A DNA stretch of 64,000 nt from Candidatus Nomurabacteria bacterium (GTDB lineage: Bacteria > Patescibacteriota > Minisyncoccia > Phycocordibacterales > UBA5272). Where the stretch lies: assembly GCA_029288775.1 (NCBI GenBank), contig JARIGQ010000001.1, forward strand, positions 29,044 to 93,043. The letters are read 5' to 3'. The notes beneath the pieces are model-generated. The model had not been told where the DNA came from, made no database searches, and worked only from the letters and a program-made list of their open reading frames with translations. Shown here piece by piece: positions 52,295-62,290 of this stretch. Within the stretch, counting starts at the first letter, position 1; every line of letters begins with the position of its first letter. A program made the position numbers and the translations under genes.

Positions 52295-52345
52295 AAGTAA
52301 ATATGGTAGAATACATTCCGCGCACGAAAGTGCGCGGAATTGTTT

Positions 52346-52432
52346 GGAGGCGTCGCATAGCGGTCTAGTGCACTGCCTTGGAAAGGCAGCAACGGGGTAA
52401 CTCGTTCGAGAGTTCGAATCTCTCCGCCTCCG
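52346..52432 (+). tRNA. tRNA-Ser(GGA)
   Basis: ctgcc-tt-GGA-aa-ggcag, long variable arm, G73, no encoded CCA. Confidence 0.95.
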
Positions 52433-52600
52433 CACAAATTAAAACCCCCAGAGATTCTTGCTCTGGGGTTTTAATTTGCTAAGGAGCTTTAGAAAGCAAG
52501 CCATCTGCATGGCTTGCGGAGATTCGAATAGGGGTCGCGAAACTTTATCGACGAGCTTGCGAGGAGAAGTTTTGTGACCGAATCTCTCCGCCTCCGCACA
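52415..52600 (+). repeat. 22-bp duplication of the tRNA-Ser 3' end flanking a ~140-bp palindromic mini-element
   Basis: cgaatctctccgcctccgcaca at 52415-52436 and 52579-52600. Confidence 0.85.
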
Positions 52601-52639
52601 TCTATCTGCTATACTTTACTAATTACACTTATACAACCT

Positions 52640-53164
52640 ATGGAAAAATATTCAGTACTTTTGGACATTACAAAACAGAACTTACAAGCGCTTCTTCGCA
52701 TTTTGGATAAAGCCGAGGCTCATGTGAAGGAAAAGGGGATTGAGGAAAGTGTCCTGCTTTCAGCTCGTTTGTATCCCGATATGATGGATTTTACCAAGCA
52801 GATTCAAATTTCGTCTGATTATGGTCGCAAGGACTTGGCGCTTTTGGCTGGGAAGGAGCCTGTGAAAATGGAAGATACTGAGACTACTATTGCGCAACTT
52901 AAAGAGCGTGTGCAGAAGTCGCTCGATGTTGTAAATACTTTTACGATGGAAGATTTTGCACATGCCGATACGCAACAAGTGAAGCTTTTCTGGTTCCCCG
53001 AAGGAATGCATGTCAGAGGTAAGGACTTTCTTAACCAGTTTGCAATTTCCAATTTCTTGTTCCATGTGGTGACCGCATATGACATCTTGCGCAAGGAAGG
53101 AGTAAATATTGGCAAGGCAGATTTTATTGGTGACATGACCATGGTTCCTGATACGTCAGCATAA
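52640..53164 (+). CDS. DUF1993 (DinB-like) protein
   Basis: ARLYPDM..F..QI, NFLFHVVTAYDILRKEGV.IGKADF. Confidence 0.9.
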   Translation: MEKYSVLLDITKQNLQALLRILDKAEAHVKEKGIEESVLLSARLYPDMMDFTKQIQISSDYGRKDLALLAGKEPVKMEDTETTIAQLKERVQKSLDVVNTFTMEDFAHADTQQVKLFWFPEGMHVRGKDFLNQFAISNFLFHVVTAYDILRKEGVNIGKADFIGDMTMVPDTSA

Positions 53165-53174
53165 GGTAACTAGT

Positions 53175-53900
53175 ATGAAAAACGCTATAGAAATAGACAA
53201 TCTCCAGAAGGTATACAAAGGAGGCAAAGAAGTCTTGCACGGACTTACGCTTGCCGTACCAAAGGGTCAGTTTTTCGGCCTCTTAGGGCCAAACGGGGCC
53301 GGGAAGACGACTACTATAAGTTGTGTGACGGGTATTACCTCCCCAACAGGTGGGTCTATTTTGATAATGGGTAATGACGTGGTGAAGGAGTATCGAGCCG
53401 CGCGCTCCCATGTCGGTCTTTCTCCGCAAGAATTCAATATCGATATCTTCCAGACGGTCGATGAAATACTTGACTATCAAGCTGGATTTTTCGGCATTAC
53501 TGGAGAACGCATGAGAAAGCGTCGGGAAGAGATGCTTGAGAAATTCGATCTTTTGGCGCATCGCGAAAAGAAATTTCAATTCCTTTCAGGAGGGCTCAAG
53601 CGTCGCGCAATGCTTGCAAAAGCAATGATGCATGATCCTGACGTGCTCATTTTAGATGAGCCGACCGCCGGAGTGGACGTGGAGACACGACATGCACTGT
53701 GGAAGTTCTTGCGAGAGCTTCATGCAAGCGGTAAGACTATCGTACTTACTTCCCACTATTTGGAAGAGGTAGAAGCACTTTGCGAGCGAGTAGCAATTAT
53801 TAAAGACGGGGCTATTCTTATAGATGATACGGTGAAAAATCTTACCCAAGGAAAGAGTTTGGAAAGTGTGTATTTAGAAGTTGTCGACCACGTTGCTTAA
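53175..53900 (+). CDS. ABC-2 transporter ATP-binding protein (YadG-like)
   Basis: GPNGAGKT, LSGG, ILDEPT. Confidence 0.93.
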   Translation: MKNAIEIDNLQKVYKGGKEVLHGLTLAVPKGQFFGLLGPNGAGKTTTISCVTGITSPTGGSILIMGNDVVKEYRAARSHVGLSPQEFNIDIFQTVDEILDYQAGFFGITGERMRKRREEMLEKFDLLAHREKKFQFLSGGLKRRAMLAKAMMHDPDVLILDEPTAGVDVETRHALWKFLRELHASGKTIVLTSHYLEEVEALCERVAIIKDGAILIDDTVKNLTQGKSLESVYLEVVDHVA

Positions 53901-53906
53901 ATTCCT

Positions 53907-54695
53907 ATGAAAACAACAAACATTCAAACGTTTAATTGGGCAGGATTCCTTACCCTTGTTCGTCGAGAAGTGGGACGTACTAAGCGTGTGATTGGGCAGG
54001 CAATAGTTACGCCGCTTGTAACTGCATCGCTTTATATTTTCGTGTTTGGCTATGTACTTGGAAGTAAGATAGCCACTATTCAAGGTGTTCCCTACCTAAG
54101 CTTCGTATTTCCTGGCGTGTTTACTATGAACCTTGTTATGGCGGTATTTAGTGCCACATCCTTTTCTATCTTCTTCATGAAGTTTCAAAAGACTATAGAA
54201 GATATGCTTACGCTACCTCTTTCGTATTTGGAACTGGTAATATCGCTTATCATTTCTGGTATTGTGCGCGCGCTTGGTATTTCTCTTGCATTATCCATTG
54301 TAGCTGTATTCTTTGGTGTCAACTCTTTGCCGCATCCTTTTATTCTTATAGGGTATGTGCTTTTAGCAAGTATTCTTTTTGGGCTCTTTGGTGTGGTAGC
54401 GGGTATTTGGGCGGATAACAACTTTGAGAAATTCGGTTTTGTAACCAACTTCTTGCTAACCCCACTTTCCTTTTTGGGTGGCGCGTTTTATTCAGCAAGC
54501 ATGCTACCTCAGAAGTGGCAGTTCGTTGTGCACTGGAATCCGATTTTCTACATTGTGGATGGTATTCGTTATTCACTTACGGGATATCATGAAGCCGGTC
54601 TTCTTTTTGGTACGGGAGTACTTACCGCGCTTTCTTTGGTCATGCTCGGTATCTGTATTTGGATATTCACCACAGGTTGGAAATTGCGCGCATAA
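53907..54695 (+). CDS. ABC-2 permease (YadH-like)
   Basis: Six TMs, PLSFLGGAFYS, NPIFYIVDGIRY. Confidence 0.92.
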   Translation: MKTTNIQTFNWAGFLTLVRREVGRTKRVIGQAIVTPLVTASLYIFVFGYVLGSKIATIQGVPYLSFVFPGVFTMNLVMAVFSATSFSIFFMKFQKTIEDMLTLPLSYLELVISLIISGIVRALGISLALSIVAVFFGVNSLPHPFILIGYVLLASILFGLFGVVAGIWADNNFEKFGFVTNFLLTPLSFLGGAFYSASMLPQKWQFVVHWNPIFYIVDGIRYSLTGYHEAGLLFGTGVLTALSLVMLGICIWIFTTGWKLRA

Positions 54696-54712
54696 GCTGA
54701 TAGAGTGGGGGC

Positions 54713-55183
54713 ATGAAAGTCGCGGTACTCGATAACCTAAGAAGCGTGTACAACGTGGGCTCTATTTTCCGCACGGCGAATGCTGCGGGGATTGAGAAGC
54801 TCTATTTGTGCGGCATAACTCCCACGCCTCTTGATAAGAAGGGGAGACGACGCAGTGATTTTGCCAAAGTTGCTTTAGGGGCGGAGGATAATTTACTTTG
54901 GGAATATTGGGAAACTACCGAAGGTGCTCTGGAAGATCTTCGTGCAAAGGAGCATCATATTATTGCACTTGAGCAGGATACGCGCGCTATAGACTATAAA
55001 GCTATTGTTATACGAGATAAAGCGAATGTGGCTTTTGTTATTGGCCCTGAAGTCGATGGGATGAAACCTGAAACCCTTGCCCTATGCGATCAGATTGCCG
55101 AAATCCCTATGCTAGGAAGCAAAGAATCTTTGAATGTGACTATTGCCTTCGGTATTGGGGTGTACAGGATGTTGGGTCTTTAA
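54713..55183 (+). CDS. TrmH/SpoU family RNA methyltransferase
   Basis: NVGSIFRTA, GPEVDG, IPMLG.KESLNV. Confidence 0.92.
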   Translation: MKVAVLDNLRSVYNVGSIFRTANAAGIEKLYLCGITPTPLDKKGRRRSDFAKVALGAEDNLLWEYWETTEGALEDLRAKEHHIIALEQDTRAIDYKAIVIRDKANVAFVIGPEVDGMKPETLALCDQIAEIPMLGSKESLNVTIAFGIGVYRMLGL

Positions 55184-55203
55184 AAAAGGTATATACTGAG
55201 GCT

Positions 55204-55605
55204 ATGGAACCCACCTCTCCCTCTTTGCCTTCGCCAGAAAAGCCTGATATCAATTTAAATGAAAAGCTCAAGCCGGCAACCCTTGATGTAAATCTAGAGG
55301 AGGTAGAAAATGAGGCACGTGTAAAGGAATGTACAAGCTGGATACAACTGTATGGGGCTTTGGATGCTTTTCATTTTATCCCTATGGGATCCGTTCTTGT
55401 TCCTTCTCCGCAATTTCAAGGTATTGTGGAAGAGGTACGAAAAGAAATTGAAAGCATTAAGCATATGCCCGGCTTTGACCCGCTTCAGGAAAAATACAGG
55501 AAGGGGTTGAAAGAAGTATTGAGAAAAATGCCCAGAAAGTGGAAAATTCGGGAAACTGTTGCTCGATTATCCGGAGTCGAGTATGTTACTGAATCTGATA
55601 ACTAG
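55204..55605 (+). CDS. Hypothetical protein
   Basis: ORF from MEPTSP with TATACT 6 nt upstream; abuts folB. Confidence 0.6.
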   Translation: MEPTSPSLPSPEKPDINLNEKLKPATLDVNLEEVENEARVKECTSWIQLYGALDAFHFIPMGSVLVPSPQFQGIVEEVRKEIESIKHMPGFDPLQEKYRKGLKEVLRKMPRKWKIRETVARLSGVEYVTESDN

Positions 55606-55606
55606 T

Positions 55607-55957
55607 ATGGATATTGTTTTTATTGAAAATTGCACTGTCCTAGCCAAGCATGGATATTATAAAGAAGAACATGCAAAAGAGCAGCGCTTTGTCGTGAGTA
55701 TTTACGCCTATACTGATACAGCAAAGGCAGGAGAAGCAGATGATCTCAAGCAGACGCTTAATTATGAACATCTGCGGATGTATATTTATGAAATTCTCTC
55801 CAAATCACCTCACGATCTCATTGAATCTCTAGCCGAAGAAATTGCTAGACGAGTGCTGGTAGAGCATGACGTGCATAAGGTTGAAGTAGAAATTAAGAAA
55901 CCGGACGTATGGAAGGATTCTTCTCCTGGAGTAAGGATTACAAGGAACGCTTCATAG
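55607..55957 (+). CDS. folB: Dihydroneopterin aldolase
   Basis: HG...EE...QRF, DDL..TLNY, LIESLAE, IKKP. Confidence 0.9.
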   Translation: MDIVFIENCTVLAKHGYYKEEHAKEQRFVVSIYAYTDTAKAGEADDLKQTLNYEHLRMYIYEILSKSPHDLIESLAEEIARRVLVEHDVHKVEVEIKKPDVWKDSSPGVRITRNAS

Positions 55958-56000
55958 CTTCCCCAGGGTCTTGAGCGATTTTTCTGTATACTAGAAACAC

Positions 56001-56336
56001 ATGAAAGGTTTTCGTTTTTTTTCACTCTTTTTCGTCCTCTTTTGCCTTTTCTTACTAGGAGGGTGGGCGGTGTACCATAGTGGGAAAACGATCTTATACC
56101 AGAATAGGATTTCTTCGGACACACAAATAAATACACAAGATTTTCAGATAGTCGATGTCGACGCTCCCGATACTCCTTCTCCACAAAAGAATATAGTCTT
56201 TGCAAGAAACGGTGACTTCCCAGTTCGATTTATTTTCTTGGAAATAGTAAGTATTTTGTACGTATATACGTTCTATGTCCGTGGAAGAAAAATCTCTCCT
56301 CATTCTTTGTGGCAGCAAGCAATCACCTCGCGTTAA
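56001..56336 (+). CDS. Hypothetical membrane protein
   Basis: Hydrophobic N-terminus, TATACT upstream. Confidence 0.4.
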   Translation: MKGFRFFSLFFVLFCLFLLGGWAVYHSGKTILYQNRISSDTQINTQDFQIVDVDAPDTPSPQKNIVFARNGDFPVRFIFLEIVSILYVYTFYVRGRKISPHSLWQQAITSR

Positions 56337-56377
56337 TTTCTTGCTTCTTATTATTTATTACCTCTATAATCAAATCT

Positions 56378-56698
56378 ATGAACATCAAAACTATTCTTAC
56401 TATCAGTTCACTAGCGCTTACTCTTGGAGTAATGTCAGCTTCAGCAGAAACTATGACGGCTACCACTACAGCAGCTCCTACTAAAAAGATGGAAATGCAT
56501 CAGATGATGAAGCAAGCGCAAGCCGATAAGAAGGCTGCCATGGAAAAGGCTCAGGCAGAGAAGAAAGCTGCAATGGAGAAGGCAAAGGCAGACAAGAAAG
56601 CAGCTATGGAAAAAGCAAAGGCAGACAAGAAAGCAGCAGCTCAGAAATATATGGAGACCAAAAAGGCTCTCAAAATGGCTACGACTACCGCACAGTAA
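56378..56698 (+). CDS. Small secreted Ala/Lys-rich protein with 11-aa repeats
   Basis: Signal peptide (ASA), about four (K)AQADKKAAME repeats, terminator 56706-56751. Confidence 0.8.
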   Translation: MNIKTILTISSLALTLGVMSASAETMTATTTAAPTKKMEMHQMMKQAQADKKAAMEKAQAEKKAAMEKAKADKKAAMEKAKADKKAAAQKYMETKKALKMATTTAQ

Positions 56699-56781
56699 GC
56701 AACGATGCAAACAAAAAACCAGGGACTTCCATCCGTGGTTTTTTGTTTGCAAACTTTTTGTACTACACTGAATCAACTTAT

Positions 56782-57315
56782 ATGCATCCGTATTGCGCTT
56801 ACGTTGCGACACTCAAAGATAAGAAAGACGTTGATAAGGTGTATCATGACCGCTACTATGGTGTGGCTATTAAGGATGATAATGAATTATTTGGAAGGTT
56901 GGTTATGGAAATCAATCAGGCTGGCCTTTCGTGGCGGACAATTCTTTTGAAAGAAGAAGGTTTTAGAAAGGCATATCATAACTTTGCTATTGCAAAAGTA
57001 GCGCAGTATACAGAAAAGGACAGAGAAAGGCTTTTACATGATGCAGCCATTATTCGTAATCGATTGAAAATAGAAGCAGCGATTCATAATGCTCAAGCTA
57101 TTGCGAAGTTACAGAAAGAATATGGAAGTTTTTATGCGTGGTTAAAATTGCTTTCAGAAGAGTTCAAAGATGATAAGGTGGCGTGGCTCAAGGAGTTCAA
57201 GAAGCGTTTTAAGTTCGTCGGAGGAGAAATTATAGGGGAATTTTTGATGAGTATTAATCTCTTGCCTGGAGCTCATGATAGAAAATGTCATCGTTTTCGG
57301 AATGTGATAGGATAA
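56782..57315 (+). CDS. tag: DNA-3-methyladenine glycosylase I
   Basis: YHD..YG, EINQAGLSW.TIL.K, IIRNRLKI.A. Confidence 0.93.
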   Translation: MHPYCAYVATLKDKKDVDKVYHDRYYGVAIKDDNELFGRLVMEINQAGLSWRTILLKEEGFRKAYHNFAIAKVAQYTEKDRERLLHDAAIIRNRLKIEAAIHNAQAIAKLQKEYGSFYAWLKLLSEEFKDDKVAWLKEFKKRFKFVGGEIIGEFLMSINLLPGAHDRKCHRFRNVIG

Positions 57316-57321
57316 GAATAT

Positions 57322-59310
57322 ATGAAAAAACTCCCGCTTACTGAAAAAGATTTTATATGGTCCAAGCTTACTCCAAAGCACATCGAAAAGATCGGCCAAG
57401 AAGCAATTGAATATAAAAGGGAAAGTTACAAAAAAATTAAAGCCATTCTTCCCGAAGATCGTACCTATATAAATACAATGTATGCGCTGGAGCAGGCTGA
57501 TGGCCCTTCAGGCGATATGCTTAAAAAGGTTGCGCTTCTTGGAGAAGTTTCGCCAAAGGAAGAAGTTCGCAACACTGCATCACGCGTTTTAATAGAAGTG
57601 TCTTCCAAAATGGTTGATGTGGAATACGATCGCGGTATCTATACGTCGCTACTTGAATACTACGAAGGCAATTTCCGTGATGAAAAGAAGAAGCTTAGCA
57701 AGGAGGACATAAAGCTCTTGGAAGATATCATCCGTGAATATAGGCGCATGGGATTTGATCTTCAAGAAAAAGATCAGAAGCAGCTTAAGACGTGGCTGAA
57801 GCGTGCGTCTAAACTTGGCGAAGAATTTAGAAAGAATATCAATGACTACCAAGACTATATTCTCTGCACACGCGAAGAGTTAGATGGCCTTGCTGATCGC
57901 GTGATTGACTCACTTCCTAAAGATAAGTCGGGTAAGTATATGGTTACCCTTCAGTATCCGCATATCGGGCCTTTCATGCAGTTTGCCAAGAATAGGAAGA
58001 AGCGCGAAGAACTTGCAGTTAAAAATCTTCGTAAAGGTGGTGCTAAGAATTTAAAGCTCATTAAGGAACTAGTCGAAATTCGCAAGCAGTTCTCTTCACT
58101 TTTAGGATATGCGACCTACGCCCATTTCAAGACTGAAAATCGTATGGCCAAGAAAGGGGAGATCGCTGAAAAGTTTCAAAATGATCTCTTGAAAAAGCTT
58201 ATCTTGCCTGCCAAGAAAGATACGGACATGCTCCGCGCGCACGCGAAGACACTTGGTATAGATACGCTTGAGCACTATGACCTAGCATTTGTGGCAAATG
58301 ACCTGCAGCAAAAGCTCTATGGGGTAGACCCAGAAGCAATCCGTGCTTATTTCCCGCTTGAGCATGTTATGAAGCAGATGTTCACTCTTTTCGGAAAGAT
58401 GTTTGGAATAACGTTTGAACAAAAAGAATGGAAAACCTGGCACAAGGATGTCCGTGTCTATGAAGTAAAGAATAAGGATAAGTCGCTGGTGGGGTATATG
58501 CTTTTTGATCTTTTTCCGCGTCCAGGAAAATATGGCCATGCATGTTGTATAGATATTGTGATCAGCCGAGAAACAGCTTGGAATGCAGATACGATGATTG
58601 CGCCAGTAACGACAATGGTGTGTAATTTCCCTTATCCGACTAAGAAACTGCCGTCACTTATTTCTATCGGTGAAGTAGAAACGTTATTCCATGAGTTTGG
58701 TCATGGGCTTCATATGACGCTTTCACAGACGCGCTATGAATCACAAAGCAGCGCGCATGTGGCATGGGATTTTATCGAGACGCCGTCCCAGATGATGGAG
58801 AATTGGGTGTGGAATGATGAAATGTTGAAGAAGCTCTCCAAGCACTACGCGACAGGAAAATCTCTTCCTCGCGATATGAGGCAAAGAATCATTTCCAGTA
58901 AGAAGTTTTTAAGTGGTTACTATACTATGCGCCAGCTCATTATGGGAAAGCTCGATATGGATTATCATCTTGGGAAAATCGAGAATCCTCAGGAAGCATA
59001 TCGGCAGATGGTGAAATTATATTCAGGAATAGAACTCCCCCACAAGGATTCACTTTTTCCTGCAAGCTTCGGGCATATTGGAGGCGGGTATGATGCCGGA
59101 TACTACTCTTATCTCTGGGCACTTGTATACGCACAGGACGCTTTCTCCTTATTTGAAAAGGATGGAATTACTAATCCGGAAGTTGGCATGCATTGGCGCA
59201 GGGAAGTGTTAGAAAAAGGTTCATCAATAGACGAGCTTGAGCTTATGAAAAAATTCCTTGGTCGTAAGCCGTCTAATGCTGCGTTCTTGAAAGAGCTAGG
59301 AGTGAAATAA
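57322..59310 (+). CDS. M3 family oligopeptidase (thimet/oligopeptidase A-like)
   Basis: FHEFGH, DFIETPSQMMENW, GYDAGYYSYLWA. Confidence 0.95.
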   Translation: MKKLPLTEKDFIWSKLTPKHIEKIGQEAIEYKRESYKKIKAILPEDRTYINTMYALEQADGPSGDMLKKVALLGEVSPKEEVRNTASRVLIEVSSKMVDVEYDRGIYTSLLEYYEGNFRDEKKKLSKEDIKLLEDIIREYRRMGFDLQEKDQKQLKTWLKRASKLGEEFRKNINDYQDYILCTREELDGLADRVIDSLPKDKSGKYMVTLQYPHIGPFMQFAKNRKKREELAVKNLRKGGAKNLKLIKELVEIRKQFSSLLGYATYAHFKTENRMAKKGEIAEKFQNDLLKKLILPAKKDTDMLRAHAKTLGIDTLEHYDLAFVANDLQQKLYGVDPEAIRAYFPLEHVMKQMFTLFGKMFGITFEQKEWKTWHKDVRVYEVKNKDKSLVGYMLFDLFPRPGKYGHACCIDIVISRETAWNADTMIAPVTTMVCNFPYPTKKLPSLISIGEVETLFHEFGHGLHMTLSQTRYESQSSAHVAWDFIETPSQMMENWVWNDEMLKKLSKHYATGKSLPRDMRQRIISSKKFLSGYYTMRQLIMGKLDMDYHLGKIENPQEAYRQMVKLYSGIELPHKDSLFPASFGHIGGGYDAGYYSYLWALVYAQDAFSLFEKDGITNPEVGMHWRREVLEKGSSIDELELMKKFLGRKPSNAAFLKELGVK

Positions 59311-59320
59311 GGAGAATCAT

Positions 59321-59516
59321 AAAAAAGAGCGGCCGGAAGGCCGCTCTGAAGGGTTCGGTTCCCCTTGAAGAAACTTGCAAGAAACTTCGGGATTGCCAAA
59401 CCACCTGAAATGGTCTCCAACCTTGGTTGATGCAACTTTGTTAGGCCGGTAAGCTGTACAAGATATGCAGGGAGGGAGTGGGTTGCGTCCACGTCTCCAG
59501 GAGCCAAGGTCAGAGA
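59321..59516 (-). ncRNA. Candidate ~190-nt small RNA
   Basis: Minus-strand TTGCGC-17 bp-TAGAAT promoter (59550-59522) and a minus-oriented terminator (hairpin 59326-59347, U-tract 59321-59326); no convincing enclosed ORF. Confidence 0.45.
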
Positions 59517-59608
59517 ACCATATTCTACTCTTCTTTTAAAACTAGCGCAATTGGAAAAAATATGGTACTATGCTAGGCACCTAAACGGCAATGCCGTTTT
59601 CTTATTTT

Positions 59609-61402
59609 ATGCAGCAAGAAATTCGAAATATCGCTATTATCGCCCACGTAGACCATGGAAAGACCACGCTTACCGATGCGCTTATGCAGCAGTGTGGAGT
59701 GGGAGTAGAAGGTCAGACTATGGATTCCAATCCTATGGAAAAGGAGCGCGGCATTACTATTACCGCCAAGAATACTTCTGTTCCGTACAAGGGAGTAAAA
59801 ATTAACATTCTCGATACGCCAGGTCACGCGGACTTTGGTTCGGAAGTGGAGCGCGTGTTGCGTTCAATCGACTGTGTGCTTCTTGTGGTGGATGCTCAAG
59901 AAGGGCCAATGCCACAGACTCGTTTCGTACTTAAGAAGTCTCTTGAACTTGGCCTTAAGCCGATTGTGGTTATTAACAAAATTGATAAGCCAGCCTCTGA
60001 TCCTACGCGTGTACATGATGAAGTCTTCGAACTTTTTATGGAGCTTGGGGCAAATGACGAGCAGTTGGATTTTACCACTGTCTACGCCATTGGACGTCAG
60101 GGAGTCGCAATGAGAAAGCTTGATGACGAGCGTAAGGATCTCACGCCGCTTCTTGATATTATTTTGGAAAAAGTTCCTCGCGCTACGGGAGATATGACAA
60201 AGCCAGTTGTTGCCCAGGCCTTCAATCTTGCGTATGACAACTTCCTTGGCCGCATGGCTGTGGTCCGTGTGTACGATGGAACCTTGAAAGTGGGTGAAGA
60301 GTTTATTGTAAAAAAGTCCGATGGAAGTTCTTCCAAGTCTAAGGTAACGAAAATTTTCACCTTTAATGGTATTAATCGTATGGATGTACCTGAGGTTATT
60401 GCGGGTGACATTGCGATGATTGCCGGTTTTCCAGATATTTATATTGGAGATACCTTCGTGAAGAATGCTGAGCAGGAAGCCATGGAGGCGATTCATATTG
60501 ATGAACCAACTATTGCGCTAAATTTCTTGGTAAACGATTCTCCATTTGCCGGGAAGGAAGGTAAATTCGTAACCGGACGTCAAATTCGTGACCGTCTCGA
60601 AAAGGAACTTGAAATTAACGTAGGGCTTAAGGTTGATTTTGATACCGATAAGTATTTGGTATATGGGCGTGGCGAGCTTCACATTGGTGTGCTTTTGGAA
60701 ACTATGCGCCGCGAGGGATATGAACTTCAAGTGTCGCAGCCACAAGTTATTTTCCATGAACATGATGGCGTGAAGGAAGAGCCGTACGAGGAACTTGTTA
60801 TCGATGTGCCGGTAGAATCAGCTGGAGCTGTTATGGAAAAGCTTGGACGTCGCAAGGCAACCATTCTTGATATGAGCGAGAAGCATGGAGTTAATCGCAT
60901 CAAGGCAGAAATCCCTATGCGCGGACTCCTTGGCTATAGAGGGGAATTTGTTATCGATACAAAAGGGCTCGGTATTCTTTCGGCTCGTTACTTGAAGTTT
61001 GGTCCCTATGCAGGCCCAATTCAGCGCCGTTTAGTAGGTTCTATGACTTCTATGGCAACAGGGAAGGCGCTTGCGTTTTCACTTTGGAATTTGCAGGATC
61101 GTGGAACTATTTATATTCAGCCAACCACGGAAGTGTATGAAGGTATGGTGATTGGAAACACATCCAAAGGCGAAGAAATGATTGTGAATCCCACAAAAGG
61201 CAAGCAGCTTTCAAACATGCGTTCATCAGGAGCTGATGAAGCAATCGTTCTTACTCCTCCATGGGAAATTACCATTGAACGTGGACTGGAAATCATGAAT
61301 GCCGATGAGTATTTGGAGGTGACTCCAAAATCCGTTCGACTTCGCAAACAGCTTTTGACCGAAACCGATCGCGCGAAAGCGGGACGTAAGGTCAATCTCT
61401 AA
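59609..61402 (+). CDS. typA: Translational GTPase TypA/BipA
   Basis: [34 protein letters not shown]. Confidence 0.97.
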   Translation: MQQEIRNIAIIAHVDHGKTTLTDALMQQCGVGVEGQTMDSNPMEKERGITITAKNTSVPYKGVKINILDTPGHADFGSEVERVLRSIDCVLLVVDAQEGPMPQTRFVLKKSLELGLKPIVVINKIDKPASDPTRVHDEVFELFMELGANDEQLDFTTVYAIGRQGVAMRKLDDERKDLTPLLDIILEKVPRATGDMTKPVVAQAFNLAYDNFLGRMAVVRVYDGTLKVGEEFIVKKSDGSSSKSKVTKIFTFNGINRMDVPEVIAGDIAMIAGFPDIYIGDTFVKNAEQEAMEAIHIDEPTIALNFLVNDSPFAGKEGKFVTGRQIRDRLEKELEINVGLKVDFDTDKYLVYGRGELHIGVLLETMRREGYELQVSQPQVIFHEHDGVKEEPYEELVIDVPVESAGAVMEKLGRRKATILDMSEKHGVNRIKAEIPMRGLLGYRGEFVIDTKGLGILSARYLKFGPYAGPIQRRLVGSMTSMATGKALAFSLWNLQDRGTIYIQPTTEVYEGMVIGNTSKGEEMIVNPTKGKQLSNMRSSGADEAIVLTPPWEITIERGLEIMNADEYLEVTPKSVRLRKQLLTETDRAKAGRKVNL

Positions 61403-61403
61403 C

Positions 61404-61922
61404 ATGAACTCAATTATTCATACTGCTCGCCAGAGAAAGGTGGTAACCATTATAGTGGTAGGGCTTCTTGTATGTGTGGTTGCATACGGATATCGCTGTG
61501 TGGGAAGAAAGATATGCGGAGCAACGATTCTTGATCAGACAGTAAGAAGCGAGGCAAGTATTGTAGCTCCAAATGGAGTTAAACTTTCTTTGGAAATTGC
61601 AGATACGCCGGAGTCTCGCGAGCAGGGTTTATCAGATCGCAACGGTATCCATGACAATGATGGCATGCTCTTTGTATTTGATGAGCCGGGAAAGTATGCA
61701 TTTTGGATGAAAGACATGTATTTCCCTATTGATATGGTATGGGTGAATGAAGATGGTGTCGTGGTACATGTAGAAAATAATGTAAGTCCTGATACCTATT
61801 TTCTTTCAAAGCCTCCGCGGGTATTTGTAAATGGCCCTCAGGCAAGCTATGTATTGGAATTAAAAGCAGGGGAAGCTGAAAAGGATGGCATGTATTTGGG
61901 TACCCATCTTATATTTGAATAA
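61404..61922 (+). CDS. DUF192 protein
   Basis: EIADT..REQGLS, GMLFVF, FWMKDM.FPID, YVLEL. Confidence 0.92.
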   Translation: MNSIIHTARQRKVVTIIVVGLLVCVVAYGYRCVGRKICGATILDQTVRSEASIVAPNGVKLSLEIADTPESREQGLSDRNGIHDNDGMLFVFDEPGKYAFWMKDMYFPIDMVWVNEDGVVVHVENNVSPDTYFLSKPPRVFVNGPQASYVLELKAGEAEKDGMYLGTHLIFE

Positions 61923-61960
61923 TGAAAAAGCTCTCCGGTAGGAGGGCTTTTTCATATATG

Positions 61961-62231
61961 TCTTTGTCTGTAAGCCGAATTCTGTTTTTGTGTAGACATG
62001 TATCTTGTCCCGCCATTGCTGTCGAGATCTAGCGACACTCCTTAGTATTGCTAATAAGGCACGGTCTTGCACACGCGTATGTATTTAGCCGTTTCAGCCG
62101 GACTGAACCGGATCGTTTCTGTTCGCAACACGGTGGTCACCCACGACGGGCGTTACCCGCTACGTTTCCACAGTGAAGTGGTGTGTGTTCGGACTTTCCT
62201 CACCGTTTCCGGCGCGTCTACCCAACAAAGA
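61961..62231 (-). ncRNA. rnpB: RNase P RNA (compact, ~270 nt)
   Basis: Minus strand: GAGGAAAGTCC (CR I), ACAGAAA, TGAAACGG, GCAAG, AACAGAATTCGGCTTA (CR V); P1 tctttgttg/cagacaaaga; TATACT box upstream. Confidence 0.92.
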
Positions 62232-62290
62232 ACTTTTTTAGTATACCATATATTACAAAAAAATCAAGTTTGTGCTATACTATGAAAACG

